Positions 30,406 to 39,657 of a DNA stretch of 64,000 nt are shown here, piece after piece (within the stretch, counting starts at the first letter, position 1; every line of letters starts with the position of its first letter). A program made the translations under genes and the position numbers. Origin of the DNA: Candidatus Zixiibacteriota bacterium (GTDB lineage: Bacteria > Zixibacteria > MSB-5A5 > GN15 > JAAZOE01); NCBI GenBank assembly GCA_043819555.1, contig JBDREQ010000020.1, positions 89,132-153,131 of the forward strand, written 5' to 3'. A model generated the notes under the pieces. The model searched no databases and was not told where the DNA came from. It saw nothing but the letters and a program-made list of their open reading frames with translations.

Positions 30406-30621
30406 TTGAGAAGGTTAATAAAAATGCCGGCTGATATTTTGGATATCGGGGATAGGGTAGATATCAAGAAGTCGAAAAGTGATGTATTGCGGGAGCAAAA
30501 GGATGTTATGAAAATTGTCAAAGAGGAATTTGACGATATTATATATAACTCGCATCTACATGACGACTTTGACATCGTCATTGACGAACCAATCAAGATA
30601 GACGTTCAAACAAACCAGTAA
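30406..30621 (+). CDS. Small hypothetical acidic protein
   Basis: 71-aa ORF filling an intergenic gap; perfect GCCGATAA element at 30341-30348 upstream; no recognisable motif. Confidence 0.4.
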   Translation: MRRLIKMPADILDIGDRVDIKKSKSDVLREQKDVMKIVKEEFDDIIYNSHLHDDFDIVIDEPIKIDVQTNQ

Positions 30622-30696
30622 ATCTCTTTTTCATATTTCATTTGCGCATACGATTTCCAAGTATTTCCTTATAACTAAACCATAAGGGGTACTATC

Positions 30697-32358
30697 ATGA
30701 AGAAGATTGCCTGCCTGTGTGCGTTTATTGCTGCGTTTGGATTAATTGCGCAGTATGGATGTTGCGGAATTGACTCCGAAGAAATAACGGTTAACAATGT
30801 TAAAAATGCCGAAAAAATAATCGGATTGAGTTTTGAGCCTGACGAGCGTGATTCCATGCTTACTGACTTGTCGGATAATTTGGAATCTTATGCCGAAATA
30901 AGAAAGATCGAGATTGACAACTCGGTTCCGCCTTCGCTCTGGTTCAATCCTCTGCCGCGGAATTTCGAAATTAATTATAAGCAGGAAAAAGTAAAATTCA
31001 ATCGACCCAAAAACGTAGTTATGCCTGAGAATATCAAGGATCTTGCCTTTTATTCAGTCGGTGAGTTGGCGGAATTGGTGCGGACGAAGAAAGTCACATC
31101 GATCCAATTGACCCGGTTGGCTCTGGACCGATTGAAAAAATTCGATTCGGATTTGCATTGTGTTATTACTTTAACCGAAGATTTGGCATTGACCCAAGCC
31201 GCCCAGGCTGACAAAGAAATTAAATCCGGGAAGTATCGAGGACCATTGCATGGTATTCCTTATGGAACCAAAGATTTGTTAGCCGCGAAAGGATATAAGA
31301 CAACGTGGGGAGCGATGCCTTTTAAAGATCAAGTTCTCGATTATGATGCGACGGTGACAAAAAAACTGGAAGCAGCGGGAGCCGTGCTAGTGGCAAAACT
31401 ATCTCTGGGAGCATTGGCCTGGGGCGACGTCTGGTTTGCCGATACGACGCGCAATCCGTGGAATCTGGAGCAGGGTTCAAGCGGTTCGTCGGCCGGGCCG
31501 GCATCAACCGTGTCGGCCGGACTGGTGCCTTTCGCGATCGGTTCGGAAACATGGGGCTCCATTGTTTCGCCTTCGACTCGGTGCGGAACGACCGGCCTGA
31601 GGCCAACCTATGGCGCGGTCAGTCGAGCGGGTGCGATGGCCCTGAGCTGGTCGATGGATAAACTGGGACCGATCTGCCGCACCGTTGAAGATTGCGCCCT
31701 GGTTTATGATGCCATTCGCGGAACGGATGGTATTGATGTATCAGTTGTTGACGCGGCCTTCAATTACAAACCAGAAATAGAATTGAAATCGTTAAAGATC
31801 GGTTACCTCAAGAAAGATTTTGATAACGACTCGAGTTATATGGGGCATAACAATAATGCTCTTCAGGTAATGCGCGATCTGGGAGCGGAGTTGATTGAGA
31901 TTGAACTCCCCAATCTTCCTATTATGTCAATGTCAATAATTCTCAGCGCTGAAGCGGCTGCCGCCTTTGATGAATTGACACGATTCAATCGTGATGATTT
32001 GCTGGTCAGGCAGATAAAAAATTCATGGCCCAATTCTTTTCGCAGCAGCCGGTTTATTCCGGCCGTTGAATATATTCAGGCCAATCGCATGAGAACACTG
32101 ATGATCGAGGAAATGGCCGATTTGATGAAGAACATTGATGTTTATATTGCGCCTTCGTTTGAGGGAGATAATCTCCTGTTGACCAATCTCAGCGGACATC
32201 CTTGCGTGGTTTTACCGCACGGATTTGATGACGAAGGCTCGCCGACAAGCATTACTTTTATCGGAAGATTGTATGATGAAGCAACTGTTTTGGCGGTGGC
32301 GGGGAAATTTCAGAACGCAACTGATTTTCATTTGAAGCATCCGGAGAGGTTTAAGTAG
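30697..32358 (+). CDS. Amidase-signature family enzyme, exported
   Basis: RGPLHGIPYGTKD, GSSGSSAGPAS, IGSETWGSIVSPS; N-terminal signal or lipoprotein-like peptide. Confidence 0.93.
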   Translation: MKKIACLCAFIAAFGLIAQYGCCGIDSEEITVNNVKNAEKIIGLSFEPDERDSMLTDLSDNLESYAEIRKIEIDNSVPPSLWFNPLPRNFEINYKQEKVKFNRPKNVVMPENIKDLAFYSVGELAELVRTKKVTSIQLTRLALDRLKKFDSDLHCVITLTEDLALTQAAQADKEIKSGKYRGPLHGIPYGTKDLLAAKGYKTTWGAMPFKDQVLDYDATVTKKLEAAGAVLVAKLSLGALAWGDVWFADTTRNPWNLEQGSSGSSAGPASTVSAGLVPFAIGSETWGSIVSPSTRCGTTGLRPTYGAVSRAGAMALSWSMDKLGPICRTVEDCALVYDAIRGTDGIDVSVVDAAFNYKPEIELKSLKIGYLKKDFDNDSSYMGHNNNALQVMRDLGAELIEIELPNLPIMSMSIILSAEAAAAFDELTRFNRDDLLVRQIKNSWPNSFRSSRFIPAVEYIQANRMRTLMIEEMADLMKNIDVYIAPSFEGDNLLLTNLSGHPCVVLPHGFDDEGSPTSITFIGRLYDEATVLAVAGKFQNATDFHLKHPERFK

Positions 32359-32493
32359 AATTTATAATTTCGGGAAAATGACCTCTGATTAATTTGATTC
32401 AATAAACTAATTATAGAGATTATGCAAACGATAAAGGCGGGATGTCCGATAAGACAACCCGCCTAAGATGTCAAGCGAGATGCCATCGCGACT

Positions 32494-34377
32494 TTATGGC
32501 AATAGGGTATAAGCGGCCAATTTGCTGTTATACAGTCGCGGCACAATCAGCAGATTTTTCTCGGGGATGAAAGTAATATCGGCTGTGAACCTGTCGATCG
32601 CGTTGGTGTTTATCAAAGGTGTTTTTTCTCCCGCTAAATTGACGCGAAAAATCCTTCCATAAAAGTCGGATATTATATAATTGCCCTGGCCATCCGGCGT
32701 TATTCCATCCATCAGGGCTCCGGCGCCAAGGCTGACAATTGGCGTTACTTCCTGTGTTTCAATATTGATTGATTTAAGGCATCCATCTCCGGTACACCCA
32801 ACCAATAAGCGGCCGTTGTCATAGAGTAATCCGTTAGGTGAGATGATATCATCGGATTGAAACCAGATTTTAAATTCCTCATTATCAGATTTATAAATAA
32901 TGTTCTGATCGCCATCAGAAAGATATCCGATGCCATTTTCATCGAGAGTGAAATCATTGGGGAAGGCTGGATTTGGAATTGCAAAGCGATTGAGTATTTG
33001 ACCGCTTTCTATATCAATCTCGGCCAGGTTGGTTCGCTCGACCGCATATAATTTATTATCAAACATGGCTAATCCGGTCGGCCTATTTAGGCGAGAGACC
33101 CATTTCAATTCCTGAATCTGACCATCGAGAGTGATTTTTGATATGAATTCCTGACCGGCGTTGTAATAATTAGTGATGTAAATCAGTTCTTTTTCTGTAT
33201 CGTAAACGGCTGATTCCGGCATTCTAATTTTGTTTTCAATTTCCCAGGTTTTTGTAATTCCCTCAGCAAGAAAAACGGTATCGGCGTCACGGCACATAAA
33301 ACCCCAGCCGCCGAATGTTTCGATAATGGCAAAGATGAGTTCGTTTTCACCCTTTTTGAGAGGCAAATATACGGCGTCATTATAACCGATGATGCCTAAA
33401 AATGACGGATCGCGACCCTGATAGGTGCTGACTCCCGCAAAAATCAATTGGTCGTTCAGGAAAATTTTTACCGCATCGCTGTAACCAAATGTAAATTCTC
33501 TTACTTGATCCTCAGCCGAATAGATACTTGTTTTTGCCCAGACCAAATTGGCGTCCATATAATTCCAATTATAATACCGGCAAATATCAACCAAACCGTA
33601 CGGGTCGCATTCGATGCTTTTCCATGTCAACTCGATCAACCCAAGTTGATTGGGTGTCTTTTCGTCATTGATATCATATTGACTAACTGGTTCAGATAAT
33701 TCCCATTTCTTAATGATGCCCAAAATGGGTTCTTTAATCGGCATTGGATCAATGCGGACATTGGAATCAAGAGTATAAGAGAAATTTGAAAAATACGAGG
33801 TCCCGTCAGCAGGTCCGAAAACGCCAATCGAACCCTTTCGTATTCCTGATCTTAATTCCGGTATTGAGAGAGCAGGTTTTTTATCATCATCTATAAATAA
33901 TATGGCCTGGGTTCCTTTGATAATCATTTTTAAATGAATCCATTGATTTACTGGAATGGTGGCCTTTTCAGTATATCCTTCACCGGCGTAAAGCTGCCAC
34001 CCGGAAACACCATTTATTGTAGGCGAATATTGTAACACATCCGAATATAGAGCTGAACGGTGAGGCCTGACGTAAAAACGCTCATAGGTCTGTCCCTGAA
34101 CGCGGAATATGATTCCCGGGTATGATTTTTCGCGATCTGTTGTCACTGCAATATCAAATTCGATTATCCCATCTTCAAATTCGACATCTTTCAGTACAGC
34201 GATTCCTTCAAAAGCCGTTCGCCCCATGTGCTCGGCAACTGCCCCACTCAGAATAGTCCAGCGGTTTGAATCAAAACCTGTTGTTTCCGCATAAGCCCAT
34301 TTATAAAAGGCACTTGTATCAAAAATAATTAGAAGAAAAACGAAAACAAAAATTCTACGAGGATAATGATTTTTCAA
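32494..34377 (-). CDS. Secreted multidomain protein: DUF1080/lectin-like N-terminus plus SMP-30/gluconolactonase-like beta-propeller
   Basis: Signal peptide; FEDGIIEFDI...YPGIIFR; C-terminal blades MPESAVYD, RPTGLA, FPNDFT, SPNGLL, MDGIT, TADIT. Confidence 0.7.
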   Translation of the reverse strand: MKNHYPRRIFVFVFLLIIFDTSAFYKWAYAETTGFDSNRWTILSGAVAEHMGRTAFEGIAVLKDVEFEDGIIEFDIAVTTDREKSYPGIIFRVQGQTYERFYVRPHRSALYSDVLQYSPTINGVSGWQLYAGEGYTEKATIPVNQWIHLKMIIKGTQAILFIDDDKKPALSIPELRSGIRKGSIGVFGPADGTSYFSNFSYTLDSNVRIDPMPIKEPILGIIKKWELSEPVSQYDINDEKTPNQLGLIELTWKSIECDPYGLVDICRYYNWNYMDANLVWAKTSIYSAEDQVREFTFGYSDAVKIFLNDQLIFAGVSTYQGRDPSFLGIIGYNDAVYLPLKKGENELIFAIIETFGGWGFMCRDADTVFLAEGITKTWEIENKIRMPESAVYDTEKELIYITNYYNAGQEFISKITLDGQIQELKWVSRLNRPTGLAMFDNKLYAVERTNLAEIDIESGQILNRFAIPNPAFPNDFTLDENGIGYLSDGDQNIIYKSDNEEFKIWFQSDDIISPNGLLYDNGRLLVGCTGDGCLKSINIETQEVTPIVSLGAGALMDGITPDGQGNYIISDFYGRIFRVNLAGEKTPLINTNAIDRFTADITFIPEKNLLIVPRLYNSKLAAYTLLP

Positions 34378-34594
34378 TTTTAGCTCCAGGCGCTATTTGT
34401 GCAACAAAGTTTTTTCAATTCCTTTAGACGCATTATCGTCTTCTTTGTTTAAAAAAGACGAGGCCATAAAATAAAAATATGGCGCATTTTTTAGAATTTT
34501 TTGAAAAAAATCATAGGTAATTACCGAAAACTCAGATTCGACGTATCAAGATTCCTCGGAACTATCAGCAAATTTCCAAAAATCTAAAGAAAAA

Positions 34595-34785
34595 TGTCCA
34601 GTATCTGGACAAAATTAAAATTAGCGTAACTTATTTTTAGATATATGGATAAATTGTTTTGGCGTGCGAAGCTTATTAAAAATGTATATAGCATAAACAG
34701 TTTCGAGAATTAGATTTGGGTCAAAAATATAAATCATTGATTATTAACGAGTTAGATTTTTGATTAAACTGGTATAAATTTTGCT
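34595..34785 (+). promoter_or_regulatory. Sigma54 promoter with enhancer palindrome and IHF site (PEP-CTERM gene 1)
   Basis: TGTCCAG-TAT-CTGGACA (34595-34611); IHF consensus AATCAATGATTTA on the minus strand (34730-34742); TGGTAT-AAATT-TTGC giving GG-N10-GC (34770-34784). Confidence 0.8.
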
Positions 34786-34830
34786 GGGACTTTTGCAGGT
34801 AAAATGAAAATTAACTATATGGAGGTTAAA

Positions 34831-35445
34831 ATGAAAAAGGTTTTGGTGTTAGGGTTTGCGTTTTGCCTGCTAAGCCTTACAGCCCCGTCATTTGGTTACA
34901 GTTATTTTGAAATGATTGGCGATAATGATGGTTATGGATATGGTTTGGCTGACAATGCTACGCTGCCGGCGACCAGTCATCCGTCGGGTAACTGGTTCTT
35001 TGATAACCGTTCCGCGGCCGAAATGGCTGCCGCGAATGGCGCTCAATTTACCGATAACGAACCGACTTATGTGATTAATGCACTGTTTAGTTTCGCTCCG
35101 TTTGCTGCTACAACGTATACCACTGCGATGTTTACAATTGATGTGGCCGGTATCCAGACTTCCAGTTTTGGTCAGAGCAGACTTTGGTTTGACGGCGTTG
35201 AAGTTGCCGGCGCTTTTGCCGGAGTTGAATTGGGCGTTTGGGGCTCTCAGGTATTCACATTTGCTATCCCAGTCGCAACCTTAACTGACGGTATGTTAAG
35301 TGTTGACTACGCTGGTGGTAGCAACGATGCGACCGCGATCGATTTCGTATCAATCGATATCGTTGCCGTTCCAGAACCGGCTTCAATGGCTCTTTTGGGA
35401 CTTGGTTTGCTTGGGACTGGTTTGGTTCGCAAATTCAAAAAATAA
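34831..35445 (+). CDS. PEP-CTERM sorting-domain protein, copy 1
   Basis: Signal peptide after GGAGG RBS; C-terminal VPEPASMALLGLGLLGTGLVRKFKK. Confidence 0.93.
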   Translation: MKKVLVLGFAFCLLSLTAPSFGYSYFEMIGDNDGYGYGLADNATLPATSHPSGNWFFDNRSAAEMAAANGAQFTDNEPTYVINALFSFAPFAATTYTTAMFTIDVAGIQTSSFGQSRLWFDGVEVAGAFAGVELGVWGSQVFTFAIPVATLTDGMLSVDYAGGSNDATAIDFVSIDIVAVPEPASMALLGLGLLGTGLVRKFKK

Positions 35446-35466
35446 CATGAGTTCGAATAGTGAGAA

Positions 35467-35496
35467 AATACCGCCTTTAGGGGCGGTATTTTTTTT
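35467..35496 (+). terminator. Intrinsic terminator
   Basis: AAATACCGCC-tttagg-GGCGGTATTT followed by a T run. Confidence 0.85.
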
Positions 35497-35580
35497 GGAT
35501 ATTAAGTTTTTGCTAAAATTGTCAATTATTTTTCTGTTTTTCCTCAGACAATAATTAATTCGAGTTTTCCATTCTGAAAG

Positions 35581-35771
35581 CGTTCAAAGTTTGAACAGTA
35601 GCAAAACCGCTATAAGTTATTACAGTATAATGATATAGGCGATAGGCGCAGTCAGGGTCAATTATATTTGTCGAGTAAACATACAGTTTCACAGGCCAAT
35701 TTTAAGCTAAAATTTTAAGTTGTTGATTATTAACAGTTTAAATGTTCGATTTAATTGGCATGGGTTTTGCT
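35581..35771 (+). promoter_or_regulatory. Sigma54 promoter with enhancer palindrome and IHF site (PEP-CTERM gene 2)
   Basis: CGTTCAA-AGT-TTGAACA (35581-35597); IHF AATCAACAACTTA on the minus strand (35716-35728); TGGCAT-GGGTT-TTGC (35756-35770). Confidence 0.8.
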
Positions 35772-35820
35772 AGTATTATAATTAAGTAAAATGAAAATAA
35801 AATATTTAAGGAGGCTAGTA

Positions 35821-36441
35821 ATGAAAAAGGTTTTGGTATTAGGATTTGCACTTTGTTTGCTTAGCCTGTCCGCCCCGTCATTTGGTTACAGTTATTTTGA
35901 AATGATTGGCGACAATGATGGATTCGGATATGGTATAGCCGACAATGCCACACTTCCGTTTTCTGATGATCCATCAACGGGAAATGGCTGGTTCTTTGAC
36001 AATCGTTCTGCGGCCGAAATGGCTGCCACAAACGGCGCCCAGTTTACTGATGTCGAGCCGCATAATGTCCTTAGCGCCACCTTTAATTTTAGCCCATTTG
36101 CCGCATCCGCGTTTCATGAAGGCACATTCATGATTGATCTGGCCGGCATTCAGACTGCTGATTTGGGTCAAAGCAGACTCTGGTTTGACGGTGTTGAAGT
36201 ATTCAATGCTTTTGCCGGAGTTGAAATGGGTGCCTGGGGCTCTCAGGTATTCACGTTTTCTCTCGGCGCGTTAACTTTGGCTGATGGCATCCTGAATGTT
36301 GACTACATGGGCGGTAGCAGTGATGCATCCGCAATTGACTATGCGTCGCTAAAAGTTGTCGCCGTTCCTGAACCGGCCTCGATGGCTCTTTTGGGACTTG
36401 GATTGCTCGGAACTGGTTTGGTTCGCAAATTCAGAAAGTAA
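35821..36441 (+). CDS. PEP-CTERM sorting-domain protein, copy 2 (paralogue of copy 1)
   Basis: Near-identical signal peptide and VPEPASMALLGLGLLGTGLVRKFRK tail; AGGAGG RBS. Confidence 0.93.
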   Translation: MKKVLVLGFALCLLSLSAPSFGYSYFEMIGDNDGFGYGIADNATLPFSDDPSTGNGWFFDNRSAAEMAATNGAQFTDVEPHNVLSATFNFSPFAASAFHEGTFMIDLAGIQTADLGQSRLWFDGVEVFNAFAGVEMGAWGSQVFTFSLGALTLADGILNVDYMGGSSDASAIDYASLKVVAVPEPASMALLGLGLLGTGLVRKFRK

Positions 36442-36460
36442 TACGAGTTTAATGAACGTT

Positions 36461-36492
36461 AAAATGCCGCCTTTAGGGGCGGCATTTTTTTT
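36461..36492 (+). terminator. Intrinsic terminator (paralogous to 35467-35496)
   Basis: AAAATGCCGCC-tttagg-GGCGGCATTTT followed by a T run. Confidence 0.85.
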
Positions 36493-36519
36493 GGATATTT
36501 TTTTCTAAACATCGCTGGA

Positions 36520-38916
36520 TTATTTTTTTAGGTTTTCCTCAAACAATTTATATATGCGTCTATATTCGTCGATCCAATTCTCTTCCTTCCGGAAAGTATG
36601 TCCATCGAGAGGGTATGAAGCCAGCTCCCAATTATCCTTACCCAGTTCGATTAATCTCTGGCAGAGGCGGACAATATCCTGATATTGAACATTCCTGTCG
36701 AGCATCCCGTGACACATTAATAGCGCACCTTGAAAACCTTCGGCATAATAAATAGGCGAGCTTCGAATATAAGCGATGCTATCCAAATGGGGGACATTCA
36801 GGATATTGGAAGTATATTCATGATTATAATGAGCCCAGTCGGTAACAGCGCGGAGGGCCGCCCCGGCTTTGAAAACTTCCGGTTCTTTAAAGAGTGCCAT
36901 AAGGGTTAAGAACCCTCCGTAAGATCCGCCGTAAATCCCGATTCGAGTTGAATCGACGCCATAAGTGGAAATTAGATATTGGGCGCCATCAACATAGTCA
37001 TCCAAATCTTTCCCGCCCATATTACGATAAATGCCCGTTCGCCAATCTCGCCCGTATCCGGCGCTTCCACGATAGTCAACATCAAGAACGATGTAGCCGT
37101 TATCGACCAGTAAATTGTGAAACATGTATTCCCGGTAATAACCACTCCACCGTTTGTGGGCGTTTTGCAAGTAGCCGGCGCCATGGACAAACATTACCGC
37201 CGGCGCGCCGGGGTTCAGGTTGTCCGGCTTATACAATCGGGCATAAATAATCATGGAATCCCGGGCCATAAATGTAACTATTTCCGGAGTTCTCCACGGA
37301 TATGTTAAAAATTCATCGGTAAGAGAAGAGGTGATTTTTCTCATGGGTGCGCCGGGATTATTTTCCATAAGGTACAATTCAGGGGGATGAGTTGGAGTTG
37401 AATAAAGAATGGCCAGAGTTTTTTCATCTGGTGAAATAGAGATATTATAGCCCCCGCTAAGCGTCGAAATGCGCTCTCGGTTGCCACCCAGTAATTTCAT
37501 CCGATAGAATTGTTGTTCCCCGGGGTGAATTTCATTCGAGATAAAATACCAATATTCTTTATATCGAGACATTTCAAGATCTCGAATTTCAAAGGGACCT
37601 GAAGTCAGTTGAATTTTCTGACCGGAATTTACGCTGACAGTATAAAGATGCGAATACCCTGTTTCCTCCGATTGGAACCAAATTGATTGATTGTCGGGGA
37701 GCCATCCGATACTCCGTCCATACCATCCATCGATTCCGGGTCCCCCGATCCAGGCCTCATCATGTTGACGGTCGAGCAATTTCAAACTTCCGTCGGATAA
37801 ATTTAAAAGCATAATCCAACGGTCTTTATTGTCCAAAGACATTATTTCAACGACGGCTTGCGTGCCGTCGTCAGACCAGACCGGGTCATAGATTATAATT
37901 TCACGTTTCAAAGGCCGGTTGGCAGTATCGGAAAGGGAAGGATAATCCGCATAATACTCCAGCTGATCAAAAATGCCGGGAATACTATCGGTTTCGACAT
38001 AGTAAACAGTGTCCTTCCCAATATTATAAATTCCAAATTCATAAGTTGATCCCGGCCGTCCAACCTTGGTACGAGAATTAATATCCTCGGTAAAGCCGCT
38101 TCGAGTAACATAGTTTGGAACGATTGTTTCCGGGGATTCGGAAGGGCTTAGTGTTAGGCGAAAGGTAATAAATCTCTCATCCGGGCTCAAATTAAGATTT
38201 GATTGTCGTTTTCCACCCAAAAATATCTTGTGTGGTCGGTCTGAGTTTTTTTTGTTACGAGATTGATTTACTTTTTCATCACTCTTATTTTTCTTTTGAA
38301 ATGATTGAAAAAGATTTTTTTGCTGGTCACTCAACCACTTTTCGTGTTCAGATTTTCCCCCTCCTCTCTGTTTACTTTCTGAATCCTCCTGGAAATCGGT
38401 CAATTGGCGGACAGTTCCATCATTAATGTCCCACATGAAGAGATTACCATCGTTCAGGTAGGTTATACTTAATTCATCATGCGTGAAACGGGGACTGGAT
38501 TCACGGCGGACAGTGTTTGTGATTTGTAAAGTAGAATTGTCCCTAAGGTTATATAAGAAAATATCGCCGTCACGTTCATATAGTTTACGTTTTCGATTTT
38601 TGTCATAATGACCATAACGGGACGGCTGGGCGTCGATTTCATCCGAAGAAACTATATGGGGTTTATTCCCGTCGATGTCTATAACATACAAGGAGTCTTC
38701 GTTGGAATTTTCAGGATTCCAACGAAAATAGACTCTTTTACCATGTTCGCCCCAGTAAGCGTTCTTAGGCCAATTTCCCATCCAGGCGCGATCGCGCATG
38801 ATTTTTTTGACCGTTAATGGGGCCAACTGCGTTTTGGTTGATTTTTGTTCGGCAAATGCTGATACAGCCATTAACCAGAACATGCTGCCAAGGACAAGTA
38901 CTTTAATAATTCTCAT
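36520..38916 (-). CDS. S9B/C-family peptidase (dipeptidyl peptidase IV-like), secreted
   Basis: Signal peptide, propeller, VHGAGYLQN, DYRGSAGYG, GGSYGG nucleophile, HGMLDRNV, GHTF. Confidence 0.93.
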   Translation of the reverse strand: MRIIKVLVLGSMFWLMAVSAFAEQKSTKTQLAPLTVKKIMRDRAWMGNWPKNAYWGEHGKRVYFRWNPENSNEDSLYVIDIDGNKPHIVSSDEIDAQPSRYGHYDKNRKRKLYERDGDIFLYNLRDNSTLQITNTVRRESSPRFTHDELSITYLNDGNLFMWDINDGTVRQLTDFQEDSESKQRGGGKSEHEKWLSDQQKNLFQSFQKKNKSDEKVNQSRNKKNSDRPHKIFLGGKRQSNLNLSPDERFITFRLTLSPSESPETIVPNYVTRSGFTEDINSRTKVGRPGSTYEFGIYNIGKDTVYYVETDSIPGIFDQLEYYADYPSLSDTANRPLKREIIIYDPVWSDDGTQAVVEIMSLDNKDRWIMLLNLSDGSLKLLDRQHDEAWIGGPGIDGWYGRSIGWLPDNQSIWFQSEETGYSHLYTVSVNSGQKIQLTSGPFEIRDLEMSRYKEYWYFISNEIHPGEQQFYRMKLLGGNRERISTLSGGYNISISPDEKTLAILYSTPTHPPELYLMENNPGAPMRKITSSLTDEFLTYPWRTPEIVTFMARDSMIIYARLYKPDNLNPGAPAVMFVHGAGYLQNAHKRWSGYYREYMFHNLLVDNGYIVLDVDYRGSAGYGRDWRTGIYRNMGGKDLDDYVDGAQYLISTYGVDSTRIGIYGGSYGGFLTLMALFKEPEVFKAGAALRAVTDWAHYNHEYTSNILNVPHLDSIAYIRSSPIYYAEGFQGALLMCHGMLDRNVQYQDIVRLCQRLIELGKDNWELASYPLDGHTFRKEENWIDEYRRIYKLFEENLKK

Positions 38917-39657
38917 TAATACACCTTTGAATTGTACAATGATTCGAATTGTAAAATACATAATCTCGTTTCAGGCGGTTTTGAATCGAGCCGCATGCGA
39001 AAGATAATTATAGAAACGCCCCGTCCATGAATGCTAAGTTAAGACGTAACTGTTTAGAGTCAAGAGATTTAAGGAGGTTTTTTATAATTTAAGGGGCTTT
39101 CGAATGCGGGACACAAGTTCGGATTTAAGAAAGGCAAAAAGGACAACCAATTGAAGAATTGAACATACTACAAGTTGAGGAGATTTTTAAAAAAATGGGA
39201 TGCTTCAAATCCCGGAATTATTTCTTTAAAATCACAGATCTGCAAAGCCGCGTTGTGTATCTAAAATATTTTATTCAATTAAGGATTTAAGGGGACTGGT
39301 TACTTTTGGAAATTGTAAAATGCCGACTAATTATATCCGATATTATTGAATTCAGGGAAGAAAATTGGTTGCCTGAAAAAATTAATGCCCGATGGGCAAA
39401 AATAAAACACTGAGCACTTGCATATCAGAAATTTTCTTTATAGTTTAGCCATTTATGACCGGTCAAGTGCGGCCGATCAATGACCGGCTCAAGAAGGAGC
39501 TGTTCGAGTAATTAATCGCTTTGGCTTTGTATCAATTCAAGGCTAAGGGGCACCATTGAGCTGTGTACAAATGAGTAAAGTGAATTTTAAAACCAAACCG
39601 TTCAGACATGCTTATCAAGTCTTGAAGGGGTTATGGAATTAAGGAAGGAAATAAACC

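Noticed and set aside
39090..39270. c-di-GMP-I riboswitch-like words (GGGACACAAG, GCAAAGCC)
   Set aside because: The required P1/P2 stems and GNRA/receptor arrangement could not be built by eye; an Infernal search would settle it.
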